A DNA stretch of 64,000 bases from Obrimoposthia wandeli (GCA_977020255.1 CDROCS010000253.1:124001-188000); one strand, 5' to 3'; positions 39,206 to 49,904 are shown, counted from the stretch's first letter. The notes: generated by a model not told the origin, from the letters alone. Program-made: numbers and translations.

Positions 39206-40441
39206 ATGAACACTACCTTATTAAAACTAGCAAGCGTTGCAATACTCTCTAGCGTTATTGCCGCTTGCGCTAGTCAAACAACTCATGAAACACCGCTTCT
39301 TCGCGCCACTGGAGATATGGGTGTTGTTATTGAACGCGCCACTGGCCAAGTACAAATTGTTAACCATACCCATCAAGAAGTATTAGCAGAAATAGATGGT
39401 CTAGGTGATTTATCTCACGCGTCCATAGTTTATTCACGTGACCAACGCTACGCCTATGTTTTTGGCCGTGATGGCGGGTTAACTAAAATAGATATTCTTA
39501 AAGATAAAATTGCCAAACGCGTAATGCAGTCAGGTAACAGTATTGGCGGCGCAATTAGCCAAGACGGTAAATTAGTAGCCGTATCAAACTACACCCCTGG
39601 CGGCGTAAAAGTATTTAACAGTGAAACGCTTGAATTGGTCGCCACAATCGATAGCTCTATTTTAACGACTAAACCAAAAAATAAAGATGGCAGTCCAGTT
39701 CGTTCTAAAGTGGTTGGCTTAGTTGACGCACCAAACAACAAATTTGTCTTTAGCTTATTCGATAGCAATGAAATATGGATTGCTGACTTTTCAACAATTG
39801 AGCAAGACAAAGTACCTAAAGTAACGAAATTCACTGATATAGGCTTATTTCCTTATGACGCATTGATCAGCCCTGATGGACGCTACTATATCGCCGGTTT
39901 ATTTGGTGAAGACGGTATGGCATTACTTGATTTATGGCATATAGAAAAAGGGGTTAAACGTATTTTACCTAATTACGGTAAAGGCCAGAAAAAATTACCT
40001 GTTTATAAAATGCCGCATTTAGAAGGCTGGGCAATAGCTGGCGATTACGCTTTTATGCCAGCTGTGGGTCAACATAAAGTTTTAGTGGTGAATACTAAAA
40101 CATGGCAACAAGTAACTGAAATTCCTGCTCATAGCCAACCAATATTTGTTATGGCGCAGCCTGATAACCGACAAATATGGGTTAACTTTGCTCACCCTGA
40201 TAACAATACTATTCAGATATTTAATACCGAAACCTTTGAATTAGTAAAAACCTTAACCCCTGGCCCCGCTGTTTTACATATGGAATTTACGCCCCGCGGC
40301 GAACATGTATGGATGTCAGTTCGCGACAGTAATGAAATTCAGATATACGACACAAAAACACAAACGTTACAAAAAACACTTAAATCATCAAGCCCGAGCG
40401 GTATTTTCTTTACCAATCGTGCCCACCAAATAGGTTTATAG
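39206..40441 (+). CDS. nirF: Heme d1 biosynthesis protein NirF (lipoprotein, beta-propeller)
   Basis: Lipobox IAA-C; GDLSHAS, GNSIGGAIS, KMPHLEGW, HMEFTPRG, PSGIFF..RA..IGL. Confidence 0.95.
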   Translation: MNTTLLKLASVAILSSVIAACASQTTHETPLLRATGDMGVVIERATGQVQIVNHTHQEVLAEIDGLGDLSHASIVYSRDQRYAYVFGRDGGLTKIDILKDKIAKRVMQSGNSIGGAISQDGKLVAVSNYTPGGVKVFNSETLELVATIDSSILTTKPKNKDGSPVRSKVVGLVDAPNNKFVFSLFDSNEIWIADFSTIEQDKVPKVTKFTDIGLFPYDALISPDGRYYIAGLFGEDGMALLDLWHIEKGVKRILPNYGKGQKKLPVYKMPHLEGWAIAGDYAFMPAVGQHKVLVVNTKTWQQVTEIPAHSQPIFVMAQPDNRQIWVNFAHPDNNTIQIFNTETFELVKTLTPGPAVLHMEFTPRGEHVWMSVRDSNEIQIYDTKTQTLQKTLKSSSPSGIFFTNRAHQIGL

Positions 40442-40443
40442 TC

Positions 40444-41562
40444 ATGACTAAAAAAACTGCAATAATTAGTCAATTACAACAAGACATTATTAATAATAGC
40501 CAAAAGGGTTTTCCGCTTACCAGCCAGCCTTATAAAACGATTGCTGAGCAATTGGCTCACGTTAATATTGTTACTAATGAACTGGAAGTATTTCAAGCTA
40601 TTGATGATCTCAACAGCCAAAAAGTGCTATCACGTGTTGGCCCAGTATTTGATCATAAAAAAGCAGGCGCAAGCACATTAGCTGCACTTGCGGTGCCAGC
40701 AAAAGACCTTGATAAAATTGCCGGTATTGTTAACCAATTTGACCAAGTGAATCATAACTACGGTAGGGAGCATGTTTATAATTTATGGTTTGTCGTCACG
40801 GCCAGCGATATGGTGGCACTCAATAGCACCATAGTAAACATTGAATTACTCACAGGTTTACCTGTTTTAGTATTACCAATGGAAGCTTCATATCACATTG
40901 ATTTAGCGTTCAGTATTAATGTTACTGGCGTAGAAAGCCCCACTTCTAATCAAGCAAGTAAAGCCGTTACTTTTAATAATAATAACACTGTTAGCTTAAC
41001 TGACATTGAAAAAACAACCTTACGTGACGCTATTGAGAAAGGTTTACCTACGCACTTATTTCCTTACCAAGCAATTGCTCAGCAACTCGCGTTAACAGAG
41101 CAACAAGTGCTTATGCAAATATCTCTTTGGCAAGAAGATGGTTTGATTCGTCGCTTTGGTTTAGTCATTAAACATAGAAAGCTAGGTTATGACGCTAATG
41201 CTATGGTGGTTTGGAATATTCCTAATGAAAACATGGATGCCGTTGCCCTGAAATTAGCAAAGTGTACCCCTGTTTCGCTGTGTTACCAGCGCCCTCGCCG
41301 CTTACCTGATTGGCCTTATAACTTATTCTGCATGATTCATGGCACGGATAGAGCCTTAGTTTTACAGCAAATAAGTCAAATTACAGAGCAGCTTGGTCTT
41401 GAGTCGATCGAAAAAGATGTGCTATTTAGCTTCAAAGCTTATAAACAACACGGTGCGCGTTACGGTAAAAAAAGTAGCGATAAGGCAAAAAAAATCAAAA
41501 TAAATGCCGCCAATACACAGAATATCAACGAGATAAAAAAACAAGGACAAGCCCATGGATAA
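40444..41562 (+). CDS. nirDL: Siroheme decarboxylase subunit, NirD-NirL fusion
   Basis: Two Lrp/AsnC-like repeats (Q.GFPL...PY...A; STLAA; VNHNY.REH; NAMVVW; CY.RPR...WPYNLFCMIHG). Confidence 0.88.
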   Translation: MTKKTAIISQLQQDIINNSQKGFPLTSQPYKTIAEQLAHVNIVTNELEVFQAIDDLNSQKVLSRVGPVFDHKKAGASTLAALAVPAKDLDKIAGIVNQFDQVNHNYGREHVYNLWFVVTASDMVALNSTIVNIELLTGLPVLVLPMEASYHIDLAFSINVTGVESPTSNQASKAVTFNNNNTVSLTDIEKTTLRDAIEKGLPTHLFPYQAIAQQLALTEQQVLMQISLWQEDGLIRRFGLVIKHRKLGYDANAMVVWNIPNENMDAVALKLAKCTPVSLCYQRPRRLPDWPYNLFCMIHGTDRALVLQQISQITEQLGLESIEKDVLFSFKAYKQHGARYGKKSSDKAKKIKINAANTQNINEIKKQGQAHG

Positions 41563-42079
41563 CAGCAGCAGTCCACTTAACGCTGAAAGTACAGCGACTA
41601 TCAAAAGCAAAAGCCGAAAATGCCAAACAGTTGAACTTTCTGCGCTAGAAAAACAATTAATCAACCTACTACAACATGGCTTACCTGTTTGTGAGCGCCC
41701 TTTTGCACAAATTGCCGAAGAAATATCAAGCACCGAACAAACCGTCATTGAATGCTTAACTAAATTACGCAGCGAAAAAGTACTGACCCGTTTTGGCCCC
41801 ATGTTTGATGCAGCAAGTTTAGGCGGCGCTTTCACCCTAGCCGCTTTAGCAGTACCCGAGGCAGATTTTGACTTTGTTACCGAACAAGTCAATAGCTTTG
41901 AGCAAATTGCTCATAACTACCGCCGAGATCATGATTTTAATATGTGGTTCGTTATCGCCACAGAATCAGCTGAAGAAATTGAGAAAGTAATACAAGCCAT
42001 TGAAATAAAAACCGGTTTAAAAGTACTCAACGTACCCAAGTTAAAAGAGTTCTATGTGAATTTATACCTACCAGTATAA
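41555..42079 (+). CDS. nirG: Siroheme decarboxylase subunit NirG
   Basis: LQHGLPVCERPF, RFGPMFDA..LGGAFTLAAL, AHNYRRDH.FNMWFV. Confidence 0.9.
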   Translation: MDNSSSPLNAESTATIKSKSRKCQTVELSALEKQLINLLQHGLPVCERPFAQIAEEISSTEQTVIECLTKLRSEKVLTRFGPMFDAASLGGAFTLAALAVPEADFDFVTEQVNSFEQIAHNYRRDHDFNMWFVIATESAEEIEKVIQAIEIKTGLKVLNVPKLKEFYVNLYLPV

Positions 42080-42168
42080 CTACCCGTTTAACAGGTTACT
42101 CGTTTAAAAACAGCGGTAAAGCGTGTTGATTACTGAGTAAAAACGCCACAGTCAAAAGAGTTTATATT

Positions 42169-42750
42169 ATGTCTACAATCACTCAAGAACACGAAAAAGC
42201 ATTTCAACAAGAAAATAGCCGCTGCTCACAAGAAAAACTTAGTGATCAAGAAAGACAATACATTTTATTAACCCAGAATGGTTTACCTATTATTCAGGAG
42301 CCTTATCACGCGATTGCAGAGCAAATGAACCTTAGTGTTGAGCAAGTACTCACCCTAACTAAAAGCATGCAAGAACGTGGCATTATCAGACGTATTGCCG
42401 CTGTACCTAATCACTATAAATTGGGTTATCAATTCAACGGCATGACCGTATGGGATATTGATGATGAGCAAGCCGAAAAGTTTGGCGATGCTGTTGGTAG
42501 GTTACCTTTCGTTAGCCATTGTTATTTAAGACCACGCTTTTTACCCGAGTGGAATTACAATTTATTCGCCATGGTGCATGGAAAAACAGAAGAATCAATC
42601 ACCAAGTATAGGGGTCAGATCAAAGAATTGTTAAAAGAGATATTGGTCTCCCGCAACCATGATTCAAGTCAAGACATTATTACCAAAAGTAATGATATGT
42701 TAACCAGTACAGCAATACTGAAAAAAACAGGTTTGCGATTAAAAAAGTAA
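42169..42750 (+). CDS. nirH: Siroheme decarboxylase subunit NirH
   Basis: TQNGLP....PY, VPNHY.LGY..NGMTVW, VSHCYLRPR....W.YNLFAMVHG, LKKTGLRL. Confidence 0.92.
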   Translation: MSTITQEHEKAFQQENSRCSQEKLSDQERQYILLTQNGLPIIQEPYHAIAEQMNLSVEQVLTLTKSMQERGIIRRIAAVPNHYKLGYQFNGMTVWDIDDEQAEKFGDAVGRLPFVSHCYLRPRFLPEWNYNLFAMVHGKTEESITKYRGQIKELLKEILVSRNHDSSQDIITKSNDMLTSTAILKKTGLRLKK

Positions 42751-42833
42751 TAGTAGCGTAATACCAAAGGTATACGGACTTATAACTAGATTACATTAAT
42801 CGCACAAAGAACAACGCCGAAAAACAAGGTATG

Positions 42834-43102
42834 TAATACCAAGTCTATTAAGTTATTTCCCGCTCAGCGAGAATTAAAAAGCTTAGAGGCAAGGCTTTAA
42901 TTAAAGATAATGGTTATTCCCTTATCAAAATAAATAACGCAGCATATAAGCCTTTTAAGCTCACCCTTCGGGAGCTTATTAGCAAACTGATAACATCGCA
43001 AAATTGGTGAAATATAGAATAACTATATTTAATCAATTTCACTTGTTCTAAGCTCGCTAATAGTAGCTCTGAGCTGGGAATAAATTTAATAAAATTGGTA
43101 TA
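42834..43102. repeat. MITE/ERIC-like repeat (subfamily A) between nirH and nirJ
   Basis: taataccaagtctattaagttatttcccgctcagcgag...ctctgagctgggaataaatttaataaaattggtata; colinear with 7566-7834. Confidence 0.85.
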
Positions 43103-43107
43103 ATATT

Positions 43108-44340
43108 ATGTTTAGAATCTCACAACTTTTAAAAACATTACATGATGATATGGCTGAACTTAAGCCAGTTAAAGCATCACGTAAAATGAAGGGTCCTGTG
43201 GTTATATGGAACCTGATCCGTCGTTGCAACTTGCAATGTAAACACTGTTATTCAACATCTCTTGATATCGACTTTAAAGACGAATTATCTACTGAGCAAG
43301 TTAAAGCCACCATAGATGATTTAAAAGTTGCTCATGTGCCCGTGTTAATTTTGTCAGGTGGTGAGCCATTATTACGCCCTGATATCTATGAAATTACTGA
43401 GTACGCTAAGCAAAAAGGTTTTTACCTTGCGCTATCTACCAACGGCACGTTAATTAACGAAGATAATATTGAAACTATTAAAGCCGCAGAGTACCAATAT
43501 GTTGGTATCAGCATTGATGGTTTAGAGGAGTTTCACGATGAGTTCCGTCGTCAAAAAGGCAGTTTTAAAACCTCAATGCATGCCATTAAGTTATGTAAAG
43601 ATGCCGGAATTAAAGTGGGGATGCGTTTATGTTTAACGCGCGAAAACTTCAAAGATTTACCTGCCATGTTGAATTTAATGGAAGAAAATAGTGTTGATAA
43701 ATTTTATTTATCTCACCTTAATTATTCAGGCCGTGGCAAGCGTACCGCTGAAAATGATGCCATGTTCAAAATGACTAAAGACGCTATGGAGCTTCTTTAT
43801 ACTCGTGCTTGGTCGCATATCAATCAAGGCATAGAAACCGACTTTGTTACCGGTAACAATGATGCTGACGGTCCATTTTTATTACAATGGGCAAGTAAAA
43901 AATTTGCTGAAGAATATCCAGAAGCTATTGCCAATTTAAAACAACGCTTAATTAATTGGGGCGGTAATTCAAGTGGTATTAACGTAGCCAACATTGATAA
44001 CACTGGCACAATTCATCCTGATACTTACTGGTGGAATCATCCTATTGGCAATGTAACCACTGAAAAGTTTTCGGATGTCTGGCGTGATACTCAAGACTCA
44101 CTAATGTTAGGTTTTAGACAAACTCCACGGCCAGTAAAAGGACGTTGCGCAAGTTGTGATCACTTAGCTATTTGTGGTGGAAATACCCGAACCCGTGCTT
44201 TTGCGCAAACTGGTGATGCTTGGGCTGAAGATCCTGGCTGTTACTTAGATGACGATGAAATTGGCTTTATCCCATCACCATCAAAGTTTGCTGACGAGTT
44301 AACCAACAAAGAAAACCCGATTCAATTTGTTGAAGTCTAA
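43108..44340 (+). CDS. nirJ: Heme d1 biosynthesis radical SAM protein
   Basis: PVVIWNLIRRCNLQCKHCY (CX3CX2C), LILSGGEPL, SPASM-like C..C.....CGGN.R.RA. Confidence 0.95.
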   Translation: MFRISQLLKTLHDDMAELKPVKASRKMKGPVVIWNLIRRCNLQCKHCYSTSLDIDFKDELSTEQVKATIDDLKVAHVPVLILSGGEPLLRPDIYEITEYAKQKGFYLALSTNGTLINEDNIETIKAAEYQYVGISIDGLEEFHDEFRRQKGSFKTSMHAIKLCKDAGIKVGMRLCLTRENFKDLPAMLNLMEENSVDKFYLSHLNYSGRGKRTAENDAMFKMTKDAMELLYTRAWSHINQGIETDFVTGNNDADGPFLLQWASKKFAEEYPEAIANLKQRLINWGGNSSGINVANIDNTGTIHPDTYWWNHPIGNVTTEKFSDVWRDTQDSLMLGFRQTPRPVKGRCASCDHLAICGGNTRTRAFAQTGDAWAEDPGCYLDDDEIGFIPSPSKFADELTNKENPIQFVEV

Positions 44341-44502
44341 CAGCGATAAGTGCGCAATTTCTTAACGAACACTTAGTAACACGTAACAAATTAATGATTA
44401 ACGATACCTAGTTAATTAATTATTAATGATAAATAACTAAAGACACTAATTAAGCAACGGAGCCTGTCCTGAAAATAGGCTCAAGTGCAATAAGGCGAGA
44501 GC

Positions 44503-45381
44503 ATGAATACACCATCAACAAACCAACCAAACAGCCTCATTTCAGTAGATAATGACAAAGTATCTGCGAGAGGAAAATCAGTTTTACATCAAGGTGAAGT
44601 TGCCTTAGTAGGCTCTGGCCCTGGTGATGCTGAATTACTAACTATTCGTGCGATGCGTTTTATTGATCAAGCTGAAATCGCGATTTACGATAGATTGGTA
44701 AGTGATGAAATATTAGCGCTATTACCTGACAACTGTGAACGATTTTACGTCGGTAAAGAGCAAGCGAAACATTGCGTACCACAAGATAAAATTAACGAAA
44801 TTTTAGTACACGAAGCACGTTTAGGTAAAAGAGTATTACGTCTAAAAGGTGGCGACCCGTTTATATTTGGCCGTGGTGGAGAAGAAGCTGAATACATGCT
44901 AAAAAATGGTGTTAGTTGTCATATCTGCCCAGGTATTACCGCTGCTTCTGGCTGTACAACCTATGCAGGCATTCCATTAACACATCGTGGTGTTGCTCAA
45001 GGCTGTACATTCATTACCGGACATATTCAAAACAATGGTCAGTTGAACTTACCATGGCAGAGTTTATGCTGCCCAACCCAAACCGTTGTATTTTACATGG
45101 GCATTAATACCCTTGCTAAAATTGCAGAAAAATTAGTAGAACATGGCAGAGATATTAATACGCCAGCCGCATTAATTCGTAAAGGTACACAACCAGAACA
45201 AAAAACGTATCGTGGCACTATCGGTAACTTGGCTGAGCTTGTTGAAAAACACAACATTACTCCACCAACACTTATCGTTATTGGTGATGTAGTCAATCAG
45301 CTAACTGAACAGCAATTAAAAACACCCGGTTTTTTAGATGCAAATGATTATATACAATCAGTTTCTGAAAAAAAAGCTTAA
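44503..45381 (+). CDS. nirE: Uroporphyrinogen-III C-methyltransferase of the heme d1 pathway
   Basis: LVGSGPGDAELLT, RLKGGDPFIFGRGGEE, PGITAA, GIPLTHRG. Confidence 0.93.
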   Translation: MNTPSTNQPNSLISVDNDKVSARGKSVLHQGEVALVGSGPGDAELLTIRAMRFIDQAEIAIYDRLVSDEILALLPDNCERFYVGKEQAKHCVPQDKINEILVHEARLGKRVLRLKGGDPFIFGRGGEEAEYMLKNGVSCHICPGITAASGCTTYAGIPLTHRGVAQGCTFITGHIQNNGQLNLPWQSLCCPTQTVVFYMGINTLAKIAEKLVEHGRDINTPAALIRKGTQPEQKTYRGTIGNLAELVEKHNITPPTLIVIGDVVNQLTEQQLKTPGFLDANDYIQSVSEKKA

Positions 45382-45388
45382 CAAAACG

Positions 45389-45491
45389 TCTGACTCCTCG
45401 ATTAAAACACCACGAGGATGACAACTGAAAAATGATTTTATAAAACATTAGCCCTACAGCCGTCATTCCCGCATTCACTTAGCGGGAATCT
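45389..45491. repeat. REP-like inverted doublet between nirE and nirN
   Basis: ctgactcctcg..cgaggatgac (45389-45422) and gtcattcccgc..gcgggaatct (45462-45491). Confidence 0.6.
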
Positions 45492-45524
45492 ATGGGGTAA
45501 AACCACGAACATAAAGGCTCCTCC

Positions 45525-47144
45525 ATGACAAAACTCCCTTTTTTAATGTTTCTTTCTGTGGCACTTTTATGTAGTTCCTTTACCGTCAATGCAGCTCCAG
45601 CCCAAAAGACCATAATGTCTGCAACAGAACAAGTTGCTGCCCAAAAACTCTATCAAGACAATTGTCAAAGCTGTCATGGCGTTGATCGATTAGGCGCTAT
45701 GGGGCCTGCATTATTACCAGAAAACCTTGCCCGTTTTCGCAAAAACAAAGCCATTAAGGTTATTAATACCGGTCGTGCTGCCACACAAATGCCTGCCTTT
45801 AATAAAACCTTAACTAAGGCTGAAATCGCCAGCTTAGCTGACTATATTTATACGCCGTCAAAAGCCTCACTTAGCTGGACAGTTGCTGATATTAATGCGT
45901 CAAAAGTACAACATTTTGACCAAAGTAAGTTACCAAATGAAGCACAGTTTGACGCTGATTTAATGAATTTATTTATTGTTGTTGAATTAGGTGACCACAG
46001 CGCCACCTTATTAAACGGTGATACCTTTGAGCGCTTAGATCGCTTTAAAACCCGCTTTGCATTACATGGTGGACCAAAATATTCGCCCGATGGTCGTTTT
46101 GTCTTTTTTGCCTCACGCGATGGTTGGATAAGTAAATACGATATTTACAATCGAAAAACTGTCAGTGAAGTTCGCGCCGCAATTAATACCCGTAACATAG
46201 CTATTTCAAATGACGGTCAATATTTAATTGTCGGTAATTACCTACCTAATAACGTAGTCATACTCAATACCACTGATTTATCGCCCCTTAAAGTGATTGA
46301 TGCCATCGACAGTGACGGCAATAGCTCACGGGTAAGCGCCGTATACAATGCACCACCGCGCCATAGTTTTATCGTCGCGCTAAAAGATGTGAAAGAAGTA
46401 TGGGAAATTCCTTACAGTGATGAAGGCGGCGTAGAAGTCTATAAAGGCTGGGCACATGACTATAGAAATGAAGCTAAAGCTGAGGGTTGGAAAGCTGACT
46501 TATCTAAAGAAAGCGAGAAATTTCCTATTCGCCGCATTAAAACCGACGATTACTTGAATGACTTCTTCTTCGATCCTGATTACATCAACTTAATTGGTAC
46601 GGCGCGTAACAGTCATAATGGCCAAGTTATTAACTTAGACACTAAAAAGAAAGTCGCTTCAATTGGTTTAACTGGCATGCCGCATTTAGGCTCTGGTATT
46701 ACCTGGAACTATCAAGGTAAGGAGATATTTGCTTCACCCAATATCAAAGAGGGTAAAATTACCGTCATCGATATGGAAAACTGGCAGGTAATTAAAGAGA
46801 TAAAAACCGAAGGTCCAGGCTTCTTCATGCGCAGCCACAGCAAATCACCTTATGCGTGGACCGACGTATTCTTTGGTCCAAATAACGATAAAGTACACGT
46901 TATTGATAAGAGCACCTTAGAAATAGTAAAAACCTTATCACCATCACCAGGAAAAAATGCTGCTCATGTAGAGTTTACCAAAGACGGAAAATACGTATTA
47001 CTCAGCGTATGGGATATCGACGGCGAACTCATTGTTTACGATGCTCAAACATTAGAAATAGTGAAGCGTATGCCGATGAAAAAACCCTCTGGCAAGTATA
47101 ATGTTTTTAACAAAATTAGTTATGAGAAAGGCACTAGTCATTAA
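45525..47144 (+). CDS. nirN: NirN heme d1 dehydrogenase (cytochrome c plus d1-type propeller)
   Basis: CQSCHG..RLG.MGPAL, ALHGGPK.SPDGR, MPHLGSG, GPGFF.RSH, KPSGKYNV. Confidence 0.92.
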   Translation: MTKLPFLMFLSVALLCSSFTVNAAPAQKTIMSATEQVAAQKLYQDNCQSCHGVDRLGAMGPALLPENLARFRKNKAIKVINTGRAATQMPAFNKTLTKAEIASLADYIYTPSKASLSWTVADINASKVQHFDQSKLPNEAQFDADLMNLFIVVELGDHSATLLNGDTFERLDRFKTRFALHGGPKYSPDGRFVFFASRDGWISKYDIYNRKTVSEVRAAINTRNIAISNDGQYLIVGNYLPNNVVILNTTDLSPLKVIDAIDSDGNSSRVSAVYNAPPRHSFIVALKDVKEVWEIPYSDEGGVEVYKGWAHDYRNEAKAEGWKADLSKESEKFPIRRIKTDDYLNDFFFDPDYINLIGTARNSHNGQVINLDTKKKVASIGLTGMPHLGSGITWNYQGKEIFASPNIKEGKITVIDMENWQVIKEIKTEGPGFFMRSHSKSPYAWTDVFFGPNNDKVHVIDKSTLEIVKTLSPSPGKNAAHVEFTKDGKYVLLSVWDIDGELIVYDAQTLEIVKRMPMKKPSGKYNVFNKISYEKGTSH

Positions 47145-47274
47145 ATTCATTTAATGCACTATTTCTCAATAACAAATAACTCGCCGATGACTAACTGATA
47201 TACTCATAAAAAGATAACTACTTACTGCAATTAACTTAATTAAAATTAATTACAGTAAGTCAGGAGAATATTTA

Positions 47275-47757
47275 GTGAGTTATGAAATTCGGCCCATCAA
47301 GACACATCACGATCATCAGGTTTGCAAAATAATTAAAAAAGTTGGATCAGAGTTCGGCGCTGTTGGTGAAGGGTTTGGTCCTTCTGATCCCGAAGTTGAA
47401 GCTATGAGCCTTTATTATAAAAATGAAGATGCTAGCTGCTACTTAGTTGCCACTATTGCAGAAGAAATAGTCGGAGGAAGTGGAATTGCGGCTTTTAATG
47501 GCAGCAAAGAGATATGTGAGTTGCGTAAGTTATTCTTACTCCCAGAAAGTCGAGGATTAGGTTTAGGTAAAAAACTTACTAAAAGTTGCTTAGATTTTGC
47601 GAAAAGTAAAGGTTATAAAGAATGTTATTTGGATACACTAACAAGCATGAAATCTGCAATTTCTCTCTATGAAAAGCTAGGTTTTATTCATCTAGATAAA
47701 CCATTAAAAGGTACAATCCACAGCGGATGCGATGTTTGGATGTTAAAAAAGCTGTAA
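47275..47757 (+). CDS. GNAT family N-acetyltransferase
   Basis: CELRKLF.LPE.RGLGLG, LDT...M..A..LYEKLGF. Confidence 0.9.
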   Translation: MSYEIRPIKTHHDHQVCKIIKKVGSEFGAVGEGFGPSDPEVEAMSLYYKNEDASCYLVATIAEEIVGGSGIAAFNGSKEICELRKLFLLPESRGLGLGKKLTKSCLDFAKSKGYKECYLDTLTSMKSAISLYEKLGFIHLDKPLKGTIHSGCDVWMLKKL

Positions 47758-47933
47758 TCTGCACTCCACGCTAAAAAGTTAGCTGTCTTATTTAAGCCAA
47801 TCGATTCTATATTGAAATTAGTTTACTCTTAGCTAGTTCTTAATTAAAAGAGCTTTATAATACTAAAGCTTTGTCATTGGCTAACAAAGATTAGCTAAAA
47901 AATAACTTAATCATCAATAAAGGCTATCCATCA

Positions 47934-48821
47934 ATGTTCTCAACTTTTTTTAAAGCAAAACCTGTTATTGATGAATCAAGTAAAGAATGGATTTTTGATA
48001 CCTTTGCTTGGTGTATCGAGCAACTTGATAGTGAATTTTTCAAAGATAATAGTGAGTTGATATTACCTAATAATAAATTTTATCCGGGTAGTGCAAGCAG
48101 TGTAGAAGCGATGGCGGATAAGATATTCTCTAATACGCTTAAGTACGCTGGCATGACATCTTGGCCGCTAAAACTTGTATCGAGTGACAACTTTAGCCAA
48201 AAAACAATGCCTCAGTTAACGTTTGAATCACGACTTCGTGGTGAAAGCGCGATTGTTAGCTCTGAGATCAGTGCTGAGGTAAGTTCTGTTATCAGTTATA
48301 AAGTAGAGGGTGAGGCACTAACACCTACAATCGCACCTTCAACACCTACTATAGACATTGCTTTTCATTCAAGTCAGCTTAACCAACCGCAAGATTTAAT
48401 TGCCTATTTAGTACAGGTCCAGGCAAGTATTTTAGTTAATCAACATGGCCTGACTACCTATGGTGCTTCAGGTAGCCCAGACGCCCCGGGTGGTAACGAA
48501 GTATTAGCGCAAACCATTGATTTAGTCGCCTGCTTTATGGGCTTTGGTGTCATATTTGCTAATACCGCTTATCAATTTAAAGGCGGTTGTGGCTCGTGTA
48601 ACAACAAAAACCTTAACCGACAAGCTGCATTACCTGAGTTAGAAACAGTTTACGCCTTGGCATTATTTTGCGTAATAAAAGGTATTGATATTAAGCCAGT
48701 TAAAAAAGAGTTAAAAAAACATTTATATAAGCCATTTCGCCAAGCATACAAAGACATTTCATTGTATTTACAACAAACAACCAATCCTGAACATACACGA
48801 CTAATCGCGGCTAAAAATTAA
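47934..48821 (+). CDS. Hypothetical protein, possibly a degenerate zincin-like fold
   Basis: 295-aa ORF; PGG...TIDL.A.FMGFG..FAN pattern; no HExxH. Confidence 0.6.
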   Translation: MFSTFFKAKPVIDESSKEWIFDTFAWCIEQLDSEFFKDNSELILPNNKFYPGSASSVEAMADKIFSNTLKYAGMTSWPLKLVSSDNFSQKTMPQLTFESRLRGESAIVSSEISAEVSSVISYKVEGEALTPTIAPSTPTIDIAFHSSQLNQPQDLIAYLVQVQASILVNQHGLTTYGASGSPDAPGGNEVLAQTIDLVACFMGFGVIFANTAYQFKGGCGSCNNKNLNRQAALPELETVYALALFCVIKGIDIKPVKKELKKHLYKPFRQAYKDISLYLQQTTNPEHTRLIAAKN

Positions 48822-48845
48822 CAAAGGCTCTCTTTAGGGGCGTAA

Positions 48846-49904
48846 TTAGTAAGATTGGTATTCGTGAGTTATTTTATTAATCTCCATTTTACACTGATGT
48901 ATATGGTCTAATAAATCACCTTGATATACCGTGTATTCTTTGACAATAGATAAAGGCTTAAATCCCATTGGTTTTGCAATTTTTTCAACCAACTGGTTAT
49001 ATAAGCCAACGCTAATCGATTTGATTTGTTCGAGTTTAGTTAACAACTCTTCTTGCTCTTGCGTCGATAGTTTTTTTCCCTTAGATACTTTATGAGCCTT
49101 TTCGATCCAAAAAAGGTAAGCATGCCTAACGTCACTCTCGCTTACTAAGGTGAGCCTACTGATACGGTAATGCAACCTGTCATATAACATAGGTTCATTC
49201 TTTAATATCGATAACCTAAGTAGCTGCAAACCGGCAACAATTTGACCAGAACGCCTTGAAATATTTTGTGATAGTTGCAAAGCATTTATCAAGTACTCTT
49301 TGGCCAACGTATAGTCCTCTTCTTTTATAGCCATTATTCCTAAGGTGTTATAAATAGCGCTTATAAATACATCCTCCTTTTTTTGTTTAGCTAATTGCAA
49401 AGCTTGAGCATAAGATTCTTTAGCCTGATTGTATTTATTTAGGTAACTTAAGCTATTTCCTTTACTAATGAGCAAGCTTATTTTTTGCTTGTCGTTTTTA
49501 ATCGGCTGTTTCAACCCGCAATTAAATAGCCAAATAGATTCATTAGGGTGGCCAGTTCGGCGCAAAAAGATACCTAAACTACTTAATAAAGAAACAAATT
49601 TATCTGTGTCTTTCTCTAGTTCCGGATAGGAGAGCATTGCTCTTACACTGCTCTCAACCTGATTTAAATCATTTAAAGCAATAGAAACTCTTAATAGGTT
49701 TTGATGCCAGGTTAATTGATCATTTATAGTCAACTGACCAATATTAGGAAGGTGTTTTTTAAGTATTCTTGATGAAACGGAGGGTTGGATGCGTAAGTAG
49801 TCTTCTGCTTCAGATAACTTGCTCAATAAACTTTCTGATGCAGGCTCTGCACTTACAGAGTGAATCATGAAAGTAATAATTATAAAAAATAGTAATCTAA
49901 GCAT
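48846..49904 (-). CDS. Exported tetratricopeptide-repeat protein
   Basis: Signal-like N-terminus; TPR-like repeats (SLGIFL...G...ESI..F; YNTLG..A....DY..A..Y...AL). Confidence 0.75.
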   Translation of the reverse strand: MLRLLFFIIITFMIHSVSAEPASESLLSKLSEAEDYLRIQPSVSSRILKKHLPNIGQLTINDQLTWHQNLLRVSIALNDLNQVESSVRAMLSYPELEKDTDKFVSLLSSLGIFLRRTGHPNESIWLFNCGLKQPIKNDKQKISLLISKGNSLSYLNKYNQAKESYAQALQLAKQKKEDVFISAIYNTLGIMAIKEEDYTLAKEYLINALQLSQNISRRSGQIVAGLQLLRLSILKNEPMLYDRLHYRISRLTLVSESDVRHAYLFWIEKAHKVSKGKKLSTQEQEELLTKLEQIKSISVGLYNQLVEKIAKPMGFKPLSIVKEYTVYQGDLLDHIHQCKMEINKITHEYQSY

